From: the human T2T-CHM13v2.0 reference genome, Homo sapiens
Length of the DNA stretch: 64,000 nt
Strand: one strand, 5' to 3'
NCBI RefSeq assembly: GCF_009914755.1
Contig: NC_060933.1
This document shows positions 54,426 through 64,000 of the stretch, one piece after another; position 1 is the first letter of the stretch, and each line of letters opens with the position of its first letter. A program made the position numbers and the translations under genes. The notes below the pieces were generated by a model that was given only the letters and a program-made list of their open reading frames with translations, did no database searches and had not been told where the DNA came from.

Positions 54426-55916
54426 GGGTTATTTCATCTCTGTGACACCAGTAAAAATGTTGGATTCAGTTTTTTTAAAAATTATTAATTCATCTAAGAG
54501 GTAATATAAGTAAAACAACTGGGGACTTCGGGAATTTTTTTTTAATTTACAGTATTTGAAGACCTGTTTCAGTTTGCCAAAGCAATCTATACATACATAT
54601 AATTGCTTTTCCTAATTGCTCCAAATAATTTCTCAAGTTTCTGACTTTTCAGGCAATATGGTATTTATCATATATCTCTTACCAGTCTAGAACAGAAACA
54701 AATTTTTTAAATGAAAATGTGTTTTTCTATTACTTTTCTTCTAAAGATAATAGTTTCCATGGCTTCTTTGAAACATTCTGGAAGTAAAATATGAGTGACA
54801 TAAGGCAAAATTATAATTGTTGAGGATGATATGATATTACAAAGAAATGTGTTTATTTCCAGATTCTCAGCTCTGTAGAAGAATTCAATGTAGTGTTAAA
54901 TTTGTCCACATGCAGTGTTAAATTTGTTATCTTTTGTTTTATTTCTCCCAAAATGAGCATAAATGCTATTGGGAAAGAGAGGTCAACGCTTTTGAATATA
55001 ATCAAGATTTAATAGAATAGATTATAATTTATATTTTATAATGCTCTGAAGTTGAAGCCAAAAACTGCTTCTAACCTAGAATCAGGTTGAAATGTGTTAT
55101 TAAGTCTTGATTGAGACTATTAATTTCAGCAAGATCCTTTTTTGCAATTTTTATACTTTTGTAATTATTTAAAGGTCCAGTTATTTTAAATGTATGGGAA
55201 AATTTGCTTTCCTTCTTTTTTATTTTTTGCAAAAAAAAATTCAAAAATTAGAAAAGAGAGTTAAAGGAAACTTCATGTATATCTTCTATTATAAACTTTT
55301 GGTGATACAAAACATAATGTTACTGAAATAGGTCATAAATAATTTGTATTTCGCTGGGATAGCAGAATTAGATAAGTAATTTACTAGAGCGAAGTATTAT
55401 GTTCTGAATTTTAAAGACAACTTTAGCATGAACTTTAATACCAAATTACACTTCAAAAGTTGAATAACAACAATGTCACGGTTACACATATTTTTAAAAG
55501 TACACATTTGTATATGCAACTATTTTAAATACATGCTGCTGTTTTTCTTATCTGCCTTGGATTTTTCTAACTTTTATAAGAATGTGGAAAAGAACCATTT
55601 TATTTTACCTGGTAAATAGACATTACAATCTACAGTGGTATGGGGAGCTGAAGAAGATTTCTTTATAACTAGAGCAGTTTCCTAACAGAATTTGAACTTT
55701 CTGCAGATATGAGTCTGACAGGTAGAAAAACCACAGAGCAGCCAGGCTCAGCTGGGTCCAGAACATTTGAAAGACTGTCCCAAGAATCCTGGCAGCACCC
55801 AGATGATAGTGTGCTCCTTTCGACAGTCACTGTATTCACTCCTTGGAAACCAGTATCAGGCTAAGAATTCCCTAAGGAGCATTTGGCAGCCAGGAAACTG
55901 ATTCCAGCCCTGAAAG

Positions 55917-57128
55917 CAATGTTCTCCAAACTTCATTTACCCCTTAAAAGAACATGAAAATCTCTATAACCTCTTGCAAAAGTTTAAAGTGATATCTAAA
56001 ATTTGTCCAAAATGTAAATATTACAAATTGTGTAACTTCCAACTTTTCTTAAATATTGATCGTTTTATATTGTTTTAAAATTGTTATATAATTTTAAAAT
56101 GCATCTTATGAAATTTAGATAAGAAAGTGATTTAATTTCCTGTCATCAGAAATCTAAGAAAATAGCAATCCATAAATGAACTCTTCATTAACATCTGGAA
56201 ATTTTACATCTTCTCTCTATTTTTTAAGCCTATTTTAAAAGTTCCCTTTCGCATCAAGTTTTATCCAAATTTCATATAATTTAATTCACAAAATATAATT
56301 TTATTTTATTCTTAAATCTTCTACTAATGACCCTGTTATACTTCTTTGCAGCAAAAATATAAAAGAAATATAATTTTTTAATTTCCTAACAGGTTGTAAA
56401 TGTTAAAAAATATTTCTTCTGTAATATTACAAGTATTAGTAGTAAGCATGTATTAATAATGTATCAAAATACATTCTATTATTGAATCATTTAATATAAC
56501 TAATTAAAATATTAAAATATTGATAAGTATACATTAAATCTAAAAGAACAAAATTATCTCTTAACGGGTTTTGGTTTTTCCCTCATAGATCTGTATCTGA
56601 ATGCTACTTATTGCTAGAATAAGTTAGAGTTTGATATTACTTCTATTCTTGTCATTTTAATTGAGGTAAACGCTAAAACAAACAAACAAAACCTTTATTT
56701 ATGAATGAGAATGAAAACACTTTTTAATTACAGTTATGACGTTTAATTCTTGGACCTTTATACAACTTTTGTGCCAAAAATTACTGTCAATGCAAAAGTA
56801 TTTTTAAAGATCTATCAGCGAAAAATTTGTTTAGCCCTTCTTCATTTTAGCAGAAGGCAAAGAATTAGAGCCCCCCTGTGATTTGTTACCCAGACATGAA
56901 ACTCTCCCTCTTCCACGCCTACACCAGCTGAAGTGTTTTTCCCTCCAAGACAATGCTTCATATTAAGATTCCAGGTGGAGGAAAAGCATGGCTTCTTTGT
57001 AACTACAGACCGTTTTTTAGGAAAGAATTCACAGGATACGTGTGGCTGTGAAAACATCCTTAACATTATCCATGCCCTTAGAAAGTCTTTGTGAACCTCC
57101 ATATAAGTACTTTTGTTGAGGACCACTG
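55917..57128. mobile_element. Probable ancient hAT-Charlie DNA transposon (~1.2 kb, AT-rich)
   Basis: TIR-like ends CAATGTTCTCCAAAC and GTTGAGGACCACTG. Confidence 0.4.
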
Positions 57129-57279
57129 TCTTGCATCTGTGGCACTTGGTGACCTAAGAAGTATTAAAGAAAAAATAAATAGGAAGATGGGCTGTTTTCA
57201 CTGCATGCCTACTGATGGTTTTTCTGTAACAGTTTGTGATTATTTCTTAAAACCTGACAAATAGATAAGAAACACAAGT

Positions 57280-57720
57280 CAGTGTGCTACACCAAGAAAG
57301 GCCTGGATTTAAGAATCCAAAAGCATGGTTTCAACTATTAGCTATATTCCTAATTGGCCTCTGGAAAACTTCACTACATTTCTCTGGGCCTCAGTTTTCT
57401 CATTTGAAGCCTGGGACAGTGTTTCCGAAAGCTAACTGAGATGATTTTAAGTGGTGTATGTCCAAACTTGACTTGATACACATTTCTTTTATTATTTATC
57501 AGGAAAAAATAGTCAATCTACTAAGTCCATGATCCTTGAATATAGTTTTTTAGAAGGTATCTAAAGGATATTTTAGTTTTTTAAAAAAATAATCTATTTA
57601 GAAAAAATATTAAATAACTAGATATGTTAAAATTCATGTGTAGGAATTAATGAAGTTTGTGAAAAACTAGAAGACTTACAATTTCCATGGTTCTGTCAAG
57701 ATCTAGCATTATATAATTCT
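57280..57720. mobile_element. MIR interrupted by a Charlie18a-like element (57417-57669)
   Basis: CTCTGGGCCTCAGTTTTCTCATTTG; CAGTGTTTCC...ATGATTTTAAGTGGT...AGAAAAAATATTAAATAA...TGAAGTTTG. Confidence 0.6.
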
Positions 57721-58954
57721 ATAAAAAACATTTGGAAGGAAAAAAAAGAAAGGGAGAAAACAAGGAAGGAAGAGGGAGAGGAAGGGAGAAAGGACTTTAA
57801 GAAGGCTATGTATTTCTAGGTAGACTTGTAAAACCTCATAGTCATGGATGGCAAATAGCATCCCACGCAAGGAAGTTCAAAAGGCAAGTTCAGGCAAATT
57901 ATTCATTTAAGCATTAATGAATAGATGTTTTAAAGGCAGAATACCAATTATGCGAATCAGCCTTTCTTAACTCTCTGAGCTTGAGCTAAAAATCTTCACG
58001 ATGTCTATATAGCCAAGTGATGAGGAAATCTGAGTAATTACCCAGGAAAGGCAAGCAAATAAAACTTAACCACAAGGCTCAGAGGACTGAGTTACATGCC
58101 TACATAGGCTGTCTTTACTGATAGAATTATTCAGGTAATCTAATAACCCCCTTATCACATGGCCTATGTTGCCACAGCCAATTCCTAATGCCAGACTTTT
58201 AGTCAGGATAGCTTACGGAGAATAAATGTTCTGCAAATAGTGTAGGTTTTTCCAGGTTAGTAAAGAAATTCAACTTTTCAAAAAGGTTATCCACTACTCA
58301 GAGACAAAGAATAGACTGAATTAATGAGTATTCGTATAAGCCATTTCCTAAGCCTTATAGATTTAGAATATGTGTAAATGCATCCAGCTAGCAATATTAG
58401 GATATTTTTAGCTTCATTTTTTTAGTAATATATTAAGAGCAAACTCCAGCTTTCCTTCTTCTTCCTTCTTGTGTCCTAATCCTTAAGATCAATAAAACGA
58501 AAGTTGTTCAGTCAAATAAAAATATTTAGTGTGTACATGCACAGAGGCACACACACACATACATACACACATGAACACAGGTACACATAAACACCACCAA
58601 ACAAAATTTATGTTAGAATTGCTTCAATTAAAGAATAAATCAATCCAAGAAGCGTATGAGAAACATTATCTCAGCTATGCCCTAAGCTAATTCCTTTTTT
58701 GTCCTCTTGTCTTATATTCTAACAAAGGAAAGTCACTCTATTTGGCCTAGTCTACAGTGTTTCTCAGGCTCTAAGTGCCTTTTCTCCAAATAACCATAGT
58801 AACTCTATATTTGTTGTTTTACTAAGCATTTTTCCACCCATTTTCTGTATTAAATATAACAGCCTTATGGGATAGGAACACCTAAAGAAGAACCGGACAG
58901 TTTCTCTGAGCATTTCCTTTTGCTAGAAAAGTTTAGAATAATAAGAAAGCAACA

Positions 58955-59190
58955 CTAATAACAGCTGCCATTTATTAAACACTTATTACTACTGAGGAGT
59001 TTTTAAGCACAAAAATATTTCTTATTCCTCACAACATTGAAAAGAGATATTACTTTATTTTATAGATCAGTAAGATGCTCTGAGGTTGACATTCTCAGGG
59101 TTATACACACAGTAGTGGCAGAATTGGGGACTGAACCTAAATTGATATTTTCGTGAAACCAGAAGGACTTTCTTCTATTTCACCCCACTC
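58955..59190 (-). mobile_element. MIR
   Basis: AATAACAGCTGCCATTTATTAAACACTTA...TCCTCACAAC...TTTTATAGAT. Confidence 0.7.
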
Positions 59191-60384
59191 CCTTACTAAT
59201 GGTTCTCACTTAATGTTTGTTGAGTGAAACCTAATACTCAGACATGCTCTTTTCAAATGAGCTCAATAGCAGATGTCTGTTCAAATCCCTTAGGTAATTA
59301 GAAGTAGAAATGGTTGGAAATTTCCCAATTGACTATGAGTAATAGTGAGGCCATCTGGGTAATATATAAACCCATTCACACCAATTCTTCTCCAAATGAC
59401 CCAGAAGCATTATTACTTAGCAGAGCAGGCCAAAGAAGGTTAACCGGCTGCTTTAAAGGAAAGGTGGGGAAAGAGGAGCTTTGCTCTAACATGGTCAGGT
59501 CATTCTACTGCCAGTACCATCCTGGAAGGGTCTGGTTTCAACAGGTGTCAGTCCAGGGACTATTACAAAGAAGGAAACGGAAAAATAGGGCAGCACACAC
59601 TTTTTAAAAAGTCTTTCCTTATTTATTCGTAAGTTGAAAGGAGAGAGTGATGGCAGAATGTGAGTGTAGTATATTAAGATATGAAATACAACAGCTGAAT
59701 GAGTAGAGTGTTTTCACTGTTCTGGTAAGAATGAAATACATGGGTATATTCAAACTAAATGCTCTTATATATGCATTTCAAACTGGTATTGCTCAATATA
59801 AAGATGTACGATGAAATGATAAAATTCATGCCAATAATTTAAATTAAAATCTTCTTTATTTAGAACATTAAATAGCAAATAAAACACCATAAGAAGCTGA
59901 AGAGGGTCTGTCAAAGGAAGACCACCAATCTACCACCAGGAGTCGATTTCAGTTCCCCTAAATATCCAAGCATGAGGGAATGCTGGCAATGTGAACGTTC
60001 AATGGTAAAGTATCTGAGGATTTTGCAGATGCAGGTTGTCAAACTCATCATTAATGGAAGTAATCAAGAGCTCTAAGCATTCTTTTTCTTTTCCATAAGT
60101 TCCAGGGTGCATGTGCATACATTCTAAATGCTGGTCTGTTAAACCGATGTGCAAATTTTCAAGGACTATGCCAAAAGATAATAGCAGCAAGCCCACATTC
60201 AAATGCTGGAGAAAAGGAATGGGCTCATGACAATGAGCAAGTTAGATAATGCTTACAAATCACGCTCGGGAGGCATTTTCTTCATGTTCACAGAATCTGT
60301 AAAATCCCTTTGCAGCAGAGTATGGCATGTTTTATTTTTTTCTTTTTCCAAGTTAGGTAACAAGTTTAGAATATATCTAAAATT

Positions 60385-60615
60385 TATTGGATACTAATTG
60401 TGTCCTAGGGTCTCTGTTTAGAACATTTATTTGCACTGTCTTATTTAATCCTTACAACAAGCTTATGAGGAAAATTTCATTATTACTCTATGTATTACAT
60501 GAGGAAGCTGAAGATTAAGGAAGTCAACCGTCAATAGCCATGTAGCTATTAAGTGGGCCTCTGAGATTCTAGAACAGATCAATCTGACTCCAGACTCCTT
60601 TACCACACACTGCAT
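60385..60615 (-). mobile_element. MIR
   Basis: TCTTATTTAATCCTTACAACAA...ATGAGGAAGCTGA...TCTGACTCCAGA. Confidence 0.75.
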
Positions 60616-61077
60616 TATTTGATAAGAACGTAAGGGAGTTGCCCAGAGCATCTAATCTCAAACCTATCTCTATTAATTCCAAAGTCCTTTATTTTTCCAT
60701 GCCCACATTCTCCTCTATATTGAATCTTGTAGTGGATTTTATTAAATGAAGTGTGGATTTTCCCTCTCTAAGAATGTCTACAGTGAAGTTATTTACCACA
60801 AGATGGTTTTCATCCAGACAGAGGTATATCTAACACGAATAAATATTTTCTGAGCATTTACCATCTGCCCCACACTACAGTAACACTGTCGAGTTCACTG
60901 AAATGAACCTGATGGCTTCTGTAATTCCAGGCAGCAACATGTTTCTCTAAATCCAATGAAAATAGGAACTTATAACATCTTCAGCTTACATATTTACTGT
61001 TAACACGAAGGGGGAAATAAAATGATTTCATTTCCCTTTCGCTGTTTGAGGAGCAGTAAAGCCCAGCTTCTTGACTT

Positions 61078-61540
61078 TGAGTCATACACCTTGAATGGTA
61101 GGTTGGGCAAACTGGTGGTCACCTTCAGGTCCCAACCTGTAGAGCAACCCACCTTGGAAAGCCTCATCATTCAGGGAGGTAAGTGTGCCAGGCTCCACAA
61201 ACCTGGACTTGCTGGTGAAAAGTCTCTCCAGCCAAGAACAGCACAGCCAGGAAAGGGTAGTGGGAGGTAGAAAGCAAGCTCAGAGCTGGCAAGTGGACAG
61301 AATGAGTCACCTCTTTGATGTGGAGTGGTTATTCCAAACACAGCAAAGGTGAGCAAGCATTTCCTTCCTCTGACTACCCTAACTACAGTGGCAACAGCCC
61401 CTTAATGTAGGAAACTGAGTCACAGGCTAGGAAGGTTTCAGAGATGCAGGAGGAAAATTGCTAGACTATACTGTAATACCAATCTTACTAAGATAAATTT
61501 AGTGTCAGCCTGGTAAAATATCATTCTGCCTTATTTGCAT
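61078..61540. promoter_or_regulatory. Candidate enhancer: three TGAGTCA AP-1 sites, TCF/LEF and octamer motifs
   Basis: TGAGTCA at 61078, 61303, 61416; CTTTGATG 61313; ATTTGCAT 61533. Confidence 0.4.
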
Positions 61541-61904
61541 AAACTAATTTTCCCTTGTTTCCACAACCTTTCCTCATTGCTCCCTATTCTTAGTAGGGAT
61601 GCCAATTAAGAAATGTACACATAGAGCAAGACCTTTCAGCAGAATTAACTCTTTAAAGGAATCAGTGAATGTGAGTGAAAAGAAGACTGGGATTGTCTTA
61701 TTAAGAGAATGAAAACGCCGTAAAAAAAAAAAAGGTTGTTAAACCCACTGGTGGTTCTGGGAGTGGCTGGTTCTTTCATAAGAACAGTTTGGTATACTGG
61801 GTCATGCTAGAATTCGCCTGCCTCAGCCTAAATGGATTGAGTCCATTTGCAGAAAACAGAGGAAAAGTACGCTGTTTCCACTGGTTTCAACTTGGAGCAG
61901 GATT

Positions 61905-62350
61905 GTCTGTTGGTGTCTCAGCATGGGGCCTTCTTCACTCTCCCTGGAAGCAAGGCCCAGAAACATAAAGGCTATGTTTTCTAGACTCCTTGTAAGTAGT
62001 GCTCTGATTTAGGGTCTTCTAACGAGAGACACTTGCACGAGAAGGTGGAAGAGAAGGCACTGTTATTGCTCTGGAGTTAGTGAGCAGGTACAGGGTCACT
62101 GGCAGATAGCAGATCTGAGGTTTTGCCAGTGACTTTTGGGGGTCTGCCTGAAAATCACCTACTTAGGTGCTTCAGACAACTGAGACAGGTGATGAAGGTC
62201 CCCTGCAACTCCTGCCTTACCTGATTTCCTGAATACTTGTGGCAGTTTCCCTGATTTTCTTGTCTTACAATGTTTTGTAAACCCTAAATTAAATTTCCTG
62301 ATTGAATAGCTAAAGAGGTTTCTGTTTTAGACTAAACCCTACTTGTCACA
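61905..62350 (+). mobile_element. LTR41/LTR33-like ERVL LTR
   Basis: CTATGTTTTCTAGACTCCTTG...GAGAGACACTTGCACGAG...GGCAGTTTCCCTGA...AGAGGTTTCTGTTTT. Confidence 0.5.
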
Positions 62351-63289
62351 TACTTCGAAGGGGCAAAGAATATATCCAAATAATTCACCTTTCATAAATT
62401 ATTAAGAATCTATTTTTATGTAAGAATTCATCTTTTTCAAACGTTTATATTTTCATTATGTACCAATTCTTGTGGCAATGACTTACAAAATTTACTATGG
62501 AGTCATGAAATGTATTTCATGCTTCTCATGACATCTGTTGTATATTAACATATGTTCATCTATCCTATGTCCTTGAAGAGTGCTATATGTTTGGTCTGTT
62601 CTTATGTCAGAGAACACAAAAATACACACACCCACAACCTGAATTTTAGTTTGTAAATTTAGTGGCTTTGTCTGAAGCTTTTCTGAGCAAAGAGTAGAAG
62701 GAGAGAGAGAAATGACCTGAATTCTTAAGAATAGCATCCAAAATTTTGACTCATATAGGCCAGAGTAAAGGGGAAAGGTGAGTCTTTCAGAGAAAACATA
62801 ATCTTCGTGAATTAACTTTTTTCCTTCACAAAGATCAGGCTTAATCTTTGCTCCCTCTTGCCTCTCTCATATTTATTTTCATTTCCCAATCAGCAAAGGA
62901 AATATGCTTAATTTTAGACTTAACCTGAAGCTCAACATTGTGGGTAAGGGGACTTGTTCTGAGCAGTTTAAATTCTAAGGCCTCATGATTATTGAATAAA
63001 CACTGAATGAAAATAGAGCGACTAAAATATCATGAGATTAATAAGTTTGACATGATTGTGTACGCTTTAGTTTGCTTATGTAGGACATTATAACTGAAAG
63101 AAATGCTCTGCAATTTTGTGGATGATGTCATTTGATTATTTGACTTTCCTAGAAAGGAATAATTTAGATGTTCACTGCCCAAACTATATCATCTCTCTTT
63201 CCTTCAGGGTGTGCTATAAGATTTTCAGTGTAAATAAGATGTCAAAAATTGGAAGCCCAAACCACAGAACAAAGATGGCTTGCAGATTC

Positions 63290-63830
63290 ATCTATGTATT
63301 CAGTCCTTCATTTAAAAAATCATTAATGAAGTTTCTACTATATGCCAGCCTCTGTTCTAGGCACTGGGGACATAGCCATGAGCAAAATAAACTAAAATCT
63401 CTGTCTTCGAGTAGTTTACATTCTATTGTTGGAAGAGATAGAAAACAAATCCAATAAATAAAATTCATAATATTAGAGGAAGACAAGTGTTTTTGAACAA
63501 AATCAAGTTGGGAGGAAGTGTGGGGAGAGGATACGATTTCAAATAGGGTGGTCAAGGAAGGTCTCACTGAGGTGAAGACATTTAATAAAAGACATGAAGG
63601 AGATGAAGGAATGAGCTATGTGGCTATGTAGGGAAAGGGTGCTCCTGATGAGGAAAGTGCTGGTGCAGTGGCCTTGAGACAGGAGAGTGCACTGCACAGC
63701 TCAGGAACAGCTGGGTCAATGTGGTGGTGACAGAGGGAGTGAGAGATTGGTAGGAGGCTTGTAGGAAGGAGGTTAGAGAAGTAGCAAACACCTGTTTGTA
63801 GCCATTATGAAGACTTGGGAAATGTGTTCT
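63290..63830 (-). mobile_element. L2a 3' region
   Basis: CTACTATATGCCAG...GTTCTAGGCACTGGGGACATAGC...AGGGTGGTCAAGGAAGGTCTCACTGAG...GCCTTGAGACAGGAG. Confidence 0.85.
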
Positions 63831-64000
63831 GCTAATCCAAACACAGTTTAAAAGTAATGTATTTTATAACATCTGATTTCTGATACCCCTAAGATTTGGC
63901 ATTACTACATTGTACATTACCACATTATGACAACAAAGCTGAGCAGTAGTTGCCCCTTGATATGGTTTCAGGGCTTTCCAGTACTTCTTTTTTTTTTTTT

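Noticed and set aside
63958-63970. TGATATGGTTT, like a THE1/MST LTR start
   Set aside because: Similarity does not continue

Overview
Human, or at least great-ape, genomic DNA. The AluYa5 at 16.3 kb points to human. The window is AT-rich and about half interspersed repeats, with no protein-coding exon, CpG island, or RNA gene that I can support. Every long ORF in the track is a decayed L1 ORF1/ORF2 fragment, Alu, LTR, or microsatellite artefact. Main contents: (1) a THE1 LTR plus internal segment; (2) a nested, mostly plus-strand L1/HAL1/LTR/Alu stack from about 2.6 to 19.6 kb, containing a full-length, disabled processed pseudogene of histone H3.3B (H3F3B) whose tail carries an AluYa5; (3) an ERV3-16A3/LTR16C remnant; (4) a near full-length minus-strand L1PA7 (22.0-28.5 kb); (5) about 35 kb of unique sequence with MIR/L2/MER/Alu and a few enhancer-like motif clusters. 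The most interesting observation is a 6.85-kb block (3425-10274) bounded by a perfect 15-bp direct repeat. It begins with what matches the first exon of an MLT1A0-type MaLR LTR (predicted TSS to the conserved splice donor) joined to an L1PA15/16. It looks like a retrotransposed cDNA of an LTR-initiated, spliced L1 transcript. Repeat subfamily names come from recalled consensus sequences and need Dfam/RepeatMasker confirmation. Boundaries of old repeats are approximate.
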